From Camelus ferus (taxonomy: Eukaryota): a stretch of DNA of 64,000 nt. Below are positions 12,415 through 25,155 of the stretch, in pieces (the first letter of the stretch is position 1; each line of letters opens with the position of its first letter). The notes beneath the pieces were generated by a model, which was not told where the DNA came from, did no database searches, and saw only the letters and a list, made by a program, of their open reading frames with translations. The translations under genes were made by a program, and so were the position numbers. Where the stretch lies: positions 46,998,001-47,062,000 of the forward strand of contig NC_045696.1 in NCBI RefSeq assembly GCF_009834535.1, in the 5' to 3' direction.

Positions 12415-12560
12415 AGTGTGTACTATGTACCAGGAGCTCTATTGATACTTCCAAACCTCATCTTCATAAAAACTCTCTGAGGAGGTTGTACTGTTCTCAA
12501 TCAATTCTCACTTAGTAGAGGAAACTGGGGTTCTGAGAAATTATGTAACTTTTCCTACCT
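12415..12560 (-). mobile_element. MIR fragment
   Basis: tactatgtaccagg...tagaggaaactggggttctgagaaattatgtaactt. Confidence 0.65.
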
Positions 12561-13091
12561 TGGTTGAAAAGCAGAATCTTACAAAAAGAGGAACAAGAAG
12601 AAAAGTGTATGTTGGAAATGGAATAGATTGGCTTACGCATGCTGTTGAATGGGCAAGCAGCTTTGCTAGGTGAGAGAGATCAATGTTTGGGGAGAAACAG
12701 AAAGCCTTTGTGAGATGTAGGTCCAGGAACTCTGTACTCCTAACCTGACCTAAGGTTTTTCCAGGTGGTTTGGACATACAACTGTTGTACTTTGTTTCCT
12801 ATGGGCAGGAACAAAACACACCACCCAAGGTTTGGGCTTTTTGATTCAGGTCTAGCGGTGGCTAAACTCCAATTAAATAATGTGGCCTGTGATTGTGCAG
12901 TAATTAAACATTTCAAATTGAAAGATGGAAGAAGTTCCCCTTAGCTGAGATTAAAGATTCAATGCAGGTGAAATGTGTTACTTTCTGAGAGCTTATGGAT
13001 AGAAAATCTCTAAATGTTTATTTTATGTGCCACTCTTGGCAAGATCTACATTTAAATCAGTGGGTCTTATGCTTTAATTCTGAAGTCTCAG

Positions 13092-13230
13092 AGGTAGTGT
13101 TTGGAACACACTCCTACAAGCTTGTGAGGGCCGATTGTTAAATTTTCAGTTTTGCCATCTGTTAAATGGTTGAAATCAACTGTGATGGCAATATTTACAT
13201 CACAAAATCAGAAAACCTTACAAATCAGTA
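13092..13230 (+). mobile_element. MER63A-like hAT-Blackjack MITE
   Basis: gagggccgattgttaaattttcag...atatttacatcacaaaatcagaaaaccttacaaatcag. Confidence 0.7.
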
Positions 13231-13529
13231 AGTCCCTACTCCCTGCTTCTGGAATTGTTTTTAACTTTTTACTAATTTTTAAACTTTATATCAGTCTACT
13301 AGTGTTTAAAGGTTGTAAAATGATTCAGCCATGGCCATTGGCATTTACTTGTGCCCGAGGGTATCTTTCTGTTGCTTACAATCATTGGCCATATGACAAC
13401 TACTGAAAAAATTACTTGTTCCTTTGACATAACTCATTTTCAGTTGGAATGAGGAAAGTAACAAACTTACTTATTTGGGTGTAGCTCTCTATTGCAGATA
13501 GTGGTAATAATCACGTTGTGGCCATTCCA

Positions 13530-14090
13530 TTCCAATTATTTCCCTTCATCCTCATTCTTTACTCCCATTGCCCTCTGCTGTCATTGGCAAACATTCTAAT
13601 CAATGTAATATCTGTACTTCTAAATGTGTACTTATAAAATGTATACTGTTCTGCAGACATACATTAATTTACAGAAATGGTTTATCTCAGTCTATTTTAT
13701 GTTATTTCATACCTTTTACACCCAGAACGAGTTTTAAGGATTCTTAATTTGACTATGTTGTACCCAGTTGTCCTCTAGAAAGACTTCACTAGGCACTTTC
13801 CCATCAACGATTCTTGAGAATCCCCATGTTCCTACATTCTTGCCAATACTTGACAGTTATCCAACTTACTAATTTCAGGCTAATGGGTGTAAAATAATAT
13901 CTTAATTTACACTCCTTTGATTACTAATGAGTTTGAGTACCTTATTGTATACTTGCTAGTGTTTTGGGTTTCTTTTTTTTTTTTTTCCATAAATAGCTGT
14001 GGATATATACTTTGCACAAGTTTTTTTCCCATAGAGCTTTTGTCTATTGTACATTCTAGATATAATTTCTTGTCAATTTCAGATCCTGCA
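13530..14090 (-). mobile_element. L1ME fragments
   Basis: cctacattcttgccaatacttg...gattactaatgagtttgagtacctt, which are L1 ORF2 antisense motifs. Confidence 0.6.
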
Positions 14091-14339
14091 AGCTTCTTTG
14101 GAGGAACAAATTTAAGTACCTTTACTATCCAGACCCTAAAATTTGAAACCTATAATTTCATATTTTTTGGTGATAGTGTACCAAGAAGAAAACTCTGCTA
14201 ATTACCTTGCCCTCCACCCTCCCCATTAGTTCTTTTATCCGTCCCAATAGATTCGATCATGTTTCAGTACCAATTTCCATATCTTAATAGTTTAAACAGG
14301 CAGCATGCCTGAGTGAGAAGTAAATATGTCTGCTGTGGA

Positions 14340-16020
14340 TCAGCAGAGGGGTTCTACTTGTCACAGTAATTCAGGGACTCTCAGATCAGCCACCCCCTCA
14401 GCACTGCTGGTTGCTAAGACAAAAGGGAAAGAGAGTTCTAGAGCATTTAGCACCAACAATTAAATGCTTGGTCAGGAGTGGTCATGTGGCCTTATCCATT
14501 TTCCAAGAGAATTCTAGAGCACTTAGCACCAACAATTAAATGCTTGGTCAGGAGTGGTCATGTGGCCTTATCCATTTCCAAGAGGTCCATGAAGTATAAT
14601 CCCGCCATTTTAGAAGAAATAGTGAGATGCAAATAGTCAGCAAAAATTACTATTATCTGCCTTTCTGGCCATCAGATATGTCGGTCACCACTTTCTTTCC
14701 TGCAGCCAAAACATTCCACCTTTCTTGAGAGATATAATCCAAAAGTCACTTCCAGTCAGTGCATCAAACTCAAGAGCCCATCTCTAAATAATAGATGGAA
14801 TTCTTCACATCAGGTTCAGGCATTGTTCTTCATTATCTGGAAACCTACGAACTAAGATGACACGTTATTAGTTTTTTACACACCCAATATACATTGGTGG
14901 AATAAAGGAAGGATAACTGAAACAATCCTGTTCAGATTGGAGGAGAATGGGACATTTGGGAATCAATGGCAATTTTAAGACCACCCTGGGAATGTGTTGT
15001 GAGGATCCTTTATGCTGTTGGTAGGGAGTATTTCTAATTAGGGCTCAGTTCTGCTTTTCCAAAGTCCTTGGCTTCAGCCTTAGGAAAGTTTCTCCTTTCT
15101 CCATTATCTTCTGTGACTACAGTTAAGGAGAACATTGGAGAATATATCTTCCTTAGAGATTAAGAAGCTTTCTCAGCTTGAGCTTTAAGGCCAAGAATCA
15201 TTTTAAGTTTGAAACAATCATCAAATTTTGGTCTAATCTTGTGGTTCTTTGGACTAAAACTACTACAAATGTAATTGGTTTCTCATCTGTTTGATTTCAT
15301 TCAGCAGCATGCACCAGTAGACGTCCACAATAATTTTTAAGACTGGGCTAAGTTCAATTAAGTGCACAGCTTGAACCTGTAAGGATTTGGTGGGAGAATC
15401 ATAGCCTTCATCTCTTTCCACTGAGTCAATTTGTCCTCTTAAAATGATATAGTGGATGCTATAACCTTAGCTAGATCCATGCTCCCTGATAACTGAAACC
15501 ATTCAGAAGTTTTCATTTCAGCTTCAGCCATGTTTTTGATTTGTTTTTTGGTCTAACGCTGAAATTTTCATAAGCTTTTTTTTTTTCTCAAAAGGCCTCT
15601 CATTTTTATCTTTTACCAACTGAAGATGAGAAGCATTGCCTTTCCCAACCCTGCAAGTCCTAGACTTTCTAGACTCTCCTCTGTTCCCTTTCTTGCTTAT
15701 AAACTAGTCAACTCTTTCCTGGAGTTAATTGAGTTAGTTTATTTCTTGTTTATTGACAAATATAGCCAATGATAATTAAAATTCTCTCTTCCAACCTTTT
15801 GCCTCAGACATGCAAGTTTATGAAGCATATACATTACATACCTTCTAAAGCATCACCAGTGACAATTTAACCAAGTGTTTCACCACTGTATCACATGGAT
15901 TATTATTCTTTCAATTTCCAAATATTATTTTCTTGCTACCTAGTCCCTAGGCCAATGCCAAATCGAGATTTTTTTTTTTGTTATGGTGACACCTCCTTTT
16001 CTAAATACTTAACTTGTATA
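14340..16020 (-). mobile_element. MLT1 (J/K/L-like) LTR (about 14340-14660) plus MLT1 internal sequence (about 14660-16015)
   Basis: LTR motif caattaaatgcttgg...ggtcatgtggcc. MLT1-int motifs atccaaaagtcacttccagtc, ttcccaaccctgcaagtcc and ccaagtgtttcaccactgta...tgttatggtgacacctcc. Confidence 0.7.
14429..14584. repeat. 76-bp tandem duplication (2 copies)
   Basis: aagagagttctagagc...ccattttcc is repeated with two substitutions and one 1-bp indel, and is bounded by aagag. Confidence 0.95.
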
Positions 16021-16876
16021 GTGATCCAGGCATTCTTCTGAGATGGAAGACTAACATAGCAAGTTAACAGTGAGGTTCTGCTGCTTACTGGGCCATCTTC
16101 TTGTTACTGAGTTAGAAGGAGAGGATAATTGTTTCTTTTTGTCTTAAGGTCCAGTGTTTCTAGGTCAGTTATTAAAAGAAACATTAATAACACTAAATAA
16201 ATATAAAAATCTAAATTATCAGTATCTGAAACTAATATATGGAGTATCTCTTTTCTCCCTTGCTACATTTGTAGCAAGCTTGAGAATATTTTTCATATAA
16301 TTTGCCTTCTTGCCTGATCCTTCCATACAGGTGTAAAGAATAAATGGGTAACTTGGCATTTCTTTTCTTTTGTCAAAATATGCTTGCATAATCAGAAATT
16401 TTCAAGGAATTGTGTTGAAGCTACTCAGGCTCCAATTTTGTGGGTTTGTCCTTTTAAGAGATCCTTGAGTAATTTTAGACACTAATGTATTGAAGTACCA
16501 ATTTGGGGGGAATAGAGAAATGAATGATGCTCCTCTACCCTGGGGGTTGAAGTGGAAAACAGACTCTTCCATGAGGCTAGAGAGAGCTGATATCAGCTTC
16601 ATGTTTAGAGTTTGTTGAGTGGTAGATCTCAGACCCATCCAGCAACGCAGGTGGATGAAGAAGGTAAAGTCTTGATAGGCTAGAGAGGACCAGGATGACC
16701 CCAAGTTAATCATAGCACTGAGCTTGACATCAAGAAGACTCAAACTTCATGTGAACCCAGGTGGTTAACACTTGATCATTGGGTACCAGAATATCAACTC
16801 TGGAATATTGGCAGATGGAAGAAAGTGACTGCATCAAAGAGAAATATAGGCCAACTCATGAGATCTGTATGTAGAG

Positions 16877-17139
16877 CAGGGGTTGCAAACTTTTCCTCTA
16901 AAGGGCTAGATAGTAAATATTTTAGGCTTTGTAGGCTATATTGCAATCTCTGTCACATGTTCTTTTTTGAAACCCCATCTCCCCCAACCCTTCCTCCTCC
17001 TCTTTCTTATTCTACTTCTCATCTTCCTCTTTCTCCTACAACTCTTTTAAAATGTAAAAACCATTCCTAGTTCCTGGATTATACAAAATCAGGTCTGCAG
17101 AGTATATGTGGCCTAAGGGTTGTAGTTTGCCAATCCCTG
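16877..17139 (+). mobile_element. MER58C-like hAT-Charlie MITE
   Basis: TIRs caggggttgcaaact ... agtttgccaatccctg, with an 8-bp TSD atgtagag/gtatagag. Confidence 0.9.
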
Positions 17140-17738
17140 GTATAGAGGAATTTGGCAAAATATCTGTAGGACTGTGGATACAAGGGAGGTGAGAAGGCAT
17201 CTTCAGGGAAAACTCTTGTCATGTGATGGAGTCCTTATTGGATAATGTCCATTCTAAAACACCAAGTCCCTAAGCACCAGCAGTTATGCATAGAAAGATG
17301 TGGCTATTCAATTTCTCCCCACAGCTGAGTGGACATAATTTCTGAGCAAGGATGAAGAAAAAGCCTGAAAAAAGATCTTTAAGTAGGAATGCAATTAAAT
17401 GATTTTGAACTTGGATGGAAATAATTATTGAATTGGACCACTTTTTCTACTGCTAAGCAGAAGTGGGACTCCAGAGCTAAAATGAAACTGGTTATAGAGA
17501 TGGGGTTTCAACTGTGTTCTTTCCAATTTGCCTTTCAAATCTATACCTGGTTTTAAAAGATGTTTGAACAATTACTAGTGAATTTGTACAAAATAGTTAA
17601 AAATAATTGGGGATTCCAAGATAGATATATCTCTTAACAGAGATTTGGATAAATGTAGAAAGGAATACAAAAGCTGTATTCACAGACTAAAAAGAGGTCT
17701 CGAATGTGCAGCATGCAAAAGATGTAGATGTAACTTGT

Positions 17739-18342
17739 TTTTTACCATTTTTTTTCTTGAAGTATAGTTGATTTATGATGTGTTAGCTTCTGGTGTACAG
17801 CAAAATGATTCAGTTATATATGTATTCTTTTTCATATTCTTTTCTGTTATGGTTTATTACAGGATATTGAATATAGTTCTCTGTGGTATGCAATAGGACC
17901 TTGTTGTTTGCCTGTTTTATATATAGTAGTTTGTATCTGGTAATTCCAAACTTCTAATTTATCTCTCCCCAATCCCCTTTCCCCTTTAGTAACATTTTCT
18001 ATGTCTGTGAGTCTGTTTCTGTTTTGTAAATAAGTTCATTTGTATCATTTTAGATTCCACATATAAGTCATATTATATGGTACTTGTCTTTCTCTGTCTG
18101 ACTTACTTGATTTAGTATGATAATCTCTATGTCCATCCATGTTGCTGCAAATGGCATTATTTCATTCTTTTTTATGGCTGAATAGTTTTCCTGTGTGTGT
18201 GTGTACACAGTATCTTTTTTATCCATTCATCTGTCAATGGACATTTAGGTTGCTTCCATGTCTTGGCTATTGTAAATAGTGGTGCAAAATAGTATCTTTT
18301 TGAATTAGAATTTTCTCTGGATATGTGCCCAGGAGTAGGATT
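17739..18342 (-). mobile_element. Cetartiodactyl L1 3' end (3' segment of a 5'-inverted L1)
   Basis: Poly-T followed by ttgaagtatagttgatt...tacagcaaaatgattcag...tagattccacatataagt. Confidence 0.9.
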
Positions 18343-19872
18343 CTCAATGGTGAAAAACTGGAAGTCTTCCCACTAAAATCTGAAACAAGATGAGGATGCC
18401 CACTCTCACCACTTTATTCAGCATAGTATTGGAAGTTTTAGCCACAGCAATCAGATAAGAAAAAGAAATAAAAGGTATCCAAATTGGAAGGAAAGAGGTA
18501 AAATTGTCATTATATACAGATGACATGATACAATATATGGAAAACTCTAAAGACTTCAAACAAAACTACTAGAACTGATAAATGAATTCAGCAAGGTAGA
18601 AAGATACAAGATTAACATACAGAAATCCAATGCATTTCTTTACATTAACGATGAAATATCAGAAAGGAAAGTAAAAAGAAAAAATCCCTTTTAAAATCAT
18701 GTCAAAAAAGTACTTAGGAATAAACCTGACCAAGTTGGTGAAAGACATACTCTGCAAACTATAAAATGTTGATAAAGGAAATTGAAGATGATTCAAGGAA
18801 ATGGAAAGATGTCCCATACTCTTGGATTGGAAGAATTAATATTGTTAAAATGACTATACTACCCAAAGCAATCACAGATTTAATGTGATCCCTATCAAGT
18901 TATCCATGACACTTTTCACAGAATTAGAACAAATAATCTTAAAATTTATATGGAACCATAAAAGACCCAGAATTACCAAAGCAATTCTGAGGAAAAAGAA
19001 CAAAGCTTGAGGCATAACCCTCCCAGACTTCTGACAATACTACAGAGCTACAGAAATCAAAACAGCATGATTTTGGCACAAAAACAGACATGGATCAATG
19101 GAATAGAATAGGGAACCCAGAAATAAGTCCACATACCTATGGTCAATTACTCTTTGACAAACAAGACAAAAATACACAGTGGAGAAAAGACAGTCTCTTT
19201 AGCACATGGTGTTGGGAAAACTGGATAGCAGCATGTAAATCAATGAAGTTAGAACACACTCTCACATCATACACAGAAATAAACTCAAAATGGCTTGAAG
19301 ACTTAAATATTAAGACGACACCATAAAACACCTAGAAGAAAATATAGGCAAAACATTCTCTGATATAAATCATAGCAATGTTTTCTTAGGTCAGTCTCCC
19401 AGGGCAAAAGAAATAAAGTAAAAATAAACAAATGAGATCTAATCAAACTTATAAACTGTTGCCCAGCAAAGGAAACCATAAACAAAGCAAAAAGACAACC
19501 TACAGACTAGGAGAAAATATTTGCAAACAATGTGACCAGTAAGGGCTTTGTTTCCAAAATATACAAACAGTTCATACAACTCAGTAACAAAGAACACAGT
19601 CAGAAAATGGGCAGAAGACCTAAACAGACATTTCTCCAAAGATGACAGATGGCCAATAGGCACATGAAAAGATGCTTAACATTGCTAATTATTAGAGGAA
19701 TGCAAAAACTACAATGAAGTATCTCCTCACACTAATCAGAATAGCCATCATTAAAAAGTCTACAAATAATAAATGTAGGAGGGGGTATGGAGAAAAGGGA
19801 ACCCTCCTACACTGTTAGTGGGAATGTAAATTGGTGCAGCCACTATGGAAAACAGTATGGAGTTTCCTTAAA
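18343..19872 (+). mobile_element. L1 ORF2 (RT to C-terminal region), the inverted segment of the same L1
   Basis: ctcaatggtgaaaaactg..., with ORF fragment [23 protein letters not shown]. Several frameshifts and stops. Confidence 0.95.
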
Positions 19873-20669
19873 GATACGTAATTTTTAAAACAGTTTTTTT
19901 TTATCTTTGAGAAATTTTCTAGACTTTGAAAATTGGATATTTTTCAAGCCAGTCTACACCACCAAATCTACTGAAAGATACTATCAAAGTTTACTTAATT
20001 AGGAAAAAAATTAACACTGTATCTAGGCTATAAAAAAATGGGAAAATTCAGATTATTGGAAACATTTAGGTTTTTAAAACATATCAAAAGTTCAATTATA
20101 AAAATAAATATAAAAATATCCCCTACACTTGTTCTTTGTGATTCCTGACAGGAAGATCTGTAGGACAAACAAAAACATCCTCAAATCTTTTGGCTCTTTT
20201 AATGCTTTACATGTTTTGGCCTAAGGAGGAGCAGCAAGCAGGCCCACCTTTGGGGCAGTTAAACTCTTAACCACAGCTCTTGCATAGTAATCCTCTGAAA
20301 AGACCTCCTATAATCTTGAGGAATCCTAGTCCATGTGCCTTTGGTCTTTCCATCTCTCCTTTTTGAAGGTCTTACTGAGGTTTTTGTATGGTATCTGGCA
20401 GGCACGTGCCAGAGCAGAGTTATTTAGGGTTTGAATCAGGCTGGTACATGGTGGTATAAACCAGGTCAGGACTCATGGAATCCCCAGGGCCGAGATGGAA
20501 AGGTCATAATGGAACATTATATTGCTGTCACAGGCCAGGCTTACTACACAGATCCATCGAACACAAGCTCGGGAAGCAGCTCCTCAAGGGTTCCTGTGGG
20601 CCTCTGTCTGAGTGGGGGCTTAGCGAGAGGGAATAACCTTAACTTTACCATTGCTGTTGGTCTTGGCGC

Positions 20670-23147
20670 TGTGACTGATATGATGAGTACTGGCTGGCAG
20701 TCCAGATCTCTTGAACTATATTGTGACAGAGGGCTAAATTAACTGAGGACGTTGTTAACTGTCCTGAAGGCAGAATTGTAAAGGAATTTTGTCTGTTTCA
20801 CACAAGTGTAAGTGTTCTGACTCTCATTCCTGATTGGAACAGAAGACATTTGTTAATTCCGTGGTTGCATACCATGTACTTGAGGCCTTATTAATCTGCT
20901 CTAGCAGTGCTACCTTATCCAGCACAGGGGATGTGGCAGGGGTTACTGGCTGGGTGAGCTTGCAATGGTCTAATAGACATTCTGCAGGTTGCACTCAGTT
21001 TCTCTAGGGTCAGAGTGGCAGATTAAATGCAGATAGAATAGGGACCACCACCCTTGTATCCTTTTCGGAATGTGATGTTGTTTTATATTTACTATTGTAT
21101 CTGGGATGAGAGTATTTCAAGGACTTTGCTTGGCCTTCCCCACTGTGATAGCTCCTATCACTAGGACAAGGACCTAATATGAGGGTTATGCCAACTGGCA
21201 AGTATGTCAACCCTAATTATACGTTTGAGGACTAAGAAGCTGATGATGGCTGATTCTACAAACCAAGTAGATGTCCTGTAAGTCAGTGGGATCCATTTAT
21301 TACCTGGTCTTTGCATGCCCCCCTCTAATAGGGGAGCCTTGATTCTGTTCTGTGGATATCAGTATTAAAGAAGACCTTATCTCCCAAAGTCCTTGAAGTG
21401 TCTGGGTGTTCCCCTTTCCTCTGTGTTCAAGTAAATGGCTGGTCTCGTCGGAAAAGAACTAGTGGAGTGATTACAGTAAGGTTATACCTACCATGGTTCT
21501 GCAAAGTCCTTCAACCTGAGGACTCATCCAACTCTTTAGTCAATGAGTTCCAGGTCTTAAAACTGTTCAGGTCCAGGAACTAAGCAAAACAATGTGATCT
21601 TTGAATGAGCTGATCACATTCAGCCTCCTGCTCTTCCATTCTTACCTTCTTTTGTTTGTGTGTATTGAGCATCAGCCTCACAAACTGCTAGTCTATTTTG
21701 TCTCTAGAGATACTTCAACCCCCTGCAGGTAGGCCCCCTTATCTGCCCTTCTAAACTTGCTGGTTGTTAAGGTAATTTGGGGTCCCTGGTTTATAGTGTT
21801 TAAGCACCACCACCTCTCCCCTATTATTCCCCATTAACCCCATTGCTATTAATGAGCCAAATCCTGAGACTGTCTTTCCTACCCTTAACCCTGGCCTGAA
21901 GAGGAGAGCAAACACTGAACTTTTTAGAGATGCTGGCACCCTTCCGTCCAGCACATTCCTAACGGCCTTATTGAATGGCACATTTTTTGGGTACTCCTGT
22001 GGGACAAATCCTGTGGCAGGTATTCCTTCTGGCCTTATATAATATATCCATTCTGGCAAGCCCACTCTCCTGAGACTTTTGATCCATTTCCCCAATGTCT
22101 GTCTCAGCAACCCAGACATTGTTACTTTGCAGTGTGGACCAGCACTTCCCTAGGTTTCTAAGAACCATCCCAGCAGCATGTCCACTTCAACCCCAGGGTT
22201 CTTACCATATCACCATCAAGTGCCCCCAAGTCAGTGAACGCTCATTTATCCAGTCTGGTGCCCTTGATCAAACACCCTTAAGATCCTTTACAATGGATAT
22301 GTCCCTTGTTTCTATTAGGACAGGCTGCTAATTTTTGCAATTCTAATCCCTATCCTCTCTTGACAAGGCCGGCATAACCCCAGCTGGTTTATGTTGGGAT
22401 TTAACCCTTGTTAACAGCCTTAAAGCCAGGAGACAAAGTGGGGGCACTTCTGGAGGTGGGCACCTGATACCTTATGAAGCAAAGCCCTTCCAAGTGTCTT
22501 CCTGTATGAGGTCGATGTTAGCCTTTAATAGGGAGGGCTGGGCCCCCTTTCTAGGCTCTGGGTCAGGGTGTCTACAGAACCACAGTCCTCAGGGACACCC
22601 ATTCAGATGCCCTACTGACATGTTTTCTCACACATGGCCTTGTCTTTGGCACAGTAGCCTCTGCCTTTGATGAGCTTTCATTAGTCTTTGAATCTTCACA
22701 ACCTTAACTATCAGATTTGGAGTTTGTTCTTCAGCTGCACCTGCTCTCCTTCTAAAGAATTAAGAGCTTCTTTGTAAGTTACTACATACGCCCGCTAGTC
22801 CTCGCTCTTAGTTTGGACTTTTTAACTGTCCTGCAGTGTCTCATTTCCCCTCTATAATTCATCAGCAAAACTTAGAAATAATCAGCCAATTCTACTATTT
22901 TTTTTTGTATATGTAGTTCCCCTTATTATATTTTAAGTGCCTGAACAGTTCTGCTGGCAAGGTTATCCCTCCATTGGGGTGTTTTTCTTGTTCTAATGGT
23001 GCCATTTTTAGCAGTTGGGCTTCTACCTTGTGTCAGGGAGGAGCCTTGCCTCATATACCACTCAAGATGGAGTCCTTGCCACACAGCTAGCAATGAAATC
23101 AAATCCCATCTTACCACCTGCCCTCGCTGACCACTCCAGGTACCAGT
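20670..23147 (-). mobile_element. ERVL (ERV3-16A3-like) internal region: leader, decayed gag, pro and the start of RT
   Basis: ORF 21751-22119 contains the ERVL gag motif LRRVGLPEWIYY...PFNKAVRNVL...PASLKSSV. An RT remnant LLEQINKASSTWYAT and ALCHNIVQRDLD lies at about 20700-20930. The leader tggtacctggagtgg follows the LTR. Confidence 0.85.
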
Positions 23148-23605
23148 TGTGTTAAGTTGCATCTTTAAGGAAGCAGTCTCCGAGAGAGAGAGAGAAATTC
23201 TTGAGTTGTATTGCTGGTAATGCCTGTGACACATAAAGAGGGAAATACGCAGGAGTAGGGAGAGCCTTCTGACTATGATGCATGTCTGACCTTTACAAAA
23301 CAAGGCAGGGAAGGAAGGAAGGTTTGGATAAGAAGAGCACAAGACTGAGGTGCAGCTTTGAGAGTCTCAATGAACCTGGGAGAACTCCAGAGCAAAGACT
23401 GCATATCACAGGATGCTTGCGTTGGCCAGAAATAACCATGTTCTAGTATTGCTGTTTTTCTAAGTCATTGGCTGCGAGCTGTTTGGGGAGGATTGTCAAA
23501 CACAAAAACAGATCCTGAAGATGCTACAGCTATGGCTGGTTGTCACTGGCCTGCACTCCTTGTTGTAGGTAGTTCGTTAAAGGGAGATCTGAGCAATGAA
23601 TGTAC
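23148..23605 (-). mobile_element. LTR16A/B-like ERVL 5' LTR
   Basis: Minus strand: gctcagatctccctt...cagccaatgactt...tctttgctctggag...aagctgcacctcagtc...ctgcttcc...acttaacaca. Confidence 0.85.
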
Positions 23606-23899
23606 TTTTGTACTTTTATGCTGCCAAACTAGGTATAGTCTAGAGGCTCGACATTACTTTTTACATTTCAGACCCTTTATCTGGTATCATTTCTCTTCTC
23701 TTTGAATAACATACAATAGAATGTACTTTGTGAATTTATTCTGGTTGTAGAAAAAATTTAATGCTCTTTTTCTTCAGAATGTCTTTAGGTATAGAATAAG
23801 TTATCCTTTCTCCCCAGTTTATTATGTCATTTCTCTGTTGTCTACCTTATATGGTACTTTTAAAAGTTCAACCATCATTCTAATTGCCTTTATTTTATA

Positions 23900-25155
23900 G
23901 ACTATCTTTCACTTCTCTCTGACTATACATTTTTACAATGTATCTTTCTTCAACATTTATGATATGTCAATGTATGGTTTTATTTTTTATTGCTTTGGAC
24001 TTTTACAAAATCTTGGCTTTATAATTATTAAATTATAAGAAATTATCAGCCACTATCTCTTTATTTCTCGGGTTCTTAAGTCTTTCTGGAACTCCAATTA
24101 CACGTGTTAAGACATTTCATTCACGTCTCTTCCTGTCTTTTGTATTCATATGTCAATCCTTCTGGATGCGTTTTGGAATTTTTTTCCAAATTATACTACC
24201 AGGGTAGACAGAGCAAAAATAAAATTAGTCAGCTTTTAAATTCATACTCTGAATTTTATATTTTATGCACTGTAGTCTTCTTTTCTATATGTTCTACATG
24301 GTTGTGTTTTAAATCTCTTGGTTCTTGTTCTTTTAAAATCTCTTATGTCCAGTTCATTCTCAACGATCTCATTTTTGCTCAAGGAAACATATTTGCTTTT
24401 TATTCTGGTTGATAACTCTGAAATTTTTTGTGGGTCTATTTCTGCTAGTTCTTATAATATATTTTCATTATTATTTTTTGATTAGTACTTTGGTATGTGT
24501 ATGGAGGTGCTCAATTTTCCTGGAGTGTTATCTCTGGGAATTCTTAGAGTTCTGGGTTATTGTTAAGTTTCTCAGAACAGGTTGATATTTTCTTTTCTCA
24601 GTATCCTGGAGGTACAACTAATCCAGAAAAACTGTAGATTAAATTCTGTCCTTGGGCTTTCCTTGGACCACACAGGTAACTTGAATGTAGACAGTAAACC
24701 TGAGAACTAGTTTATGTTTGTGTTCTCAGGGAAACATTTATTTTTTTTCCCCTTCACTTAGCACCAACTTTGAAAAGGCATGTTTTCTCGATGTCATCTT
24801 TTTGGGAGATTTTTTTTCTTATATACCAATGAAGTCAAAAGTTTATGCAGAGATACTTTATTTGATTCCCTAACTAGACAGGTCATAGGATTTAGTTCTT
24901 CTTCCTCATAGTAGCTCACAAAGAAGCATCTCATTGAGAATCTCTAGGGTTCCACAGAAACTGACAGGTCAAGAAACTGATTTGGTGCCTATTTACCCAG
25001 CATTCCTGGTTTTAAATAATTTGAGGGATTTTTCATATTTCTTAAGTTTGTACAAGTCTATTGACATTTGATGGAAGACTTAAAAATATTTCTATTCATT
25101 CTCAGTTGGGAAGTGTTGTTTAGGATATTTAATCTACCATACTTCTGGAAATATA
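23900..25155 (-). mobile_element. Old L1M/HAL1 ORF1 and 5' region
   Basis: aaattatcagccactatctct...tctggaactccaattacacgtgttaagac, and the 5'-end motif ccatacttctggaa. Confidence 0.6.
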
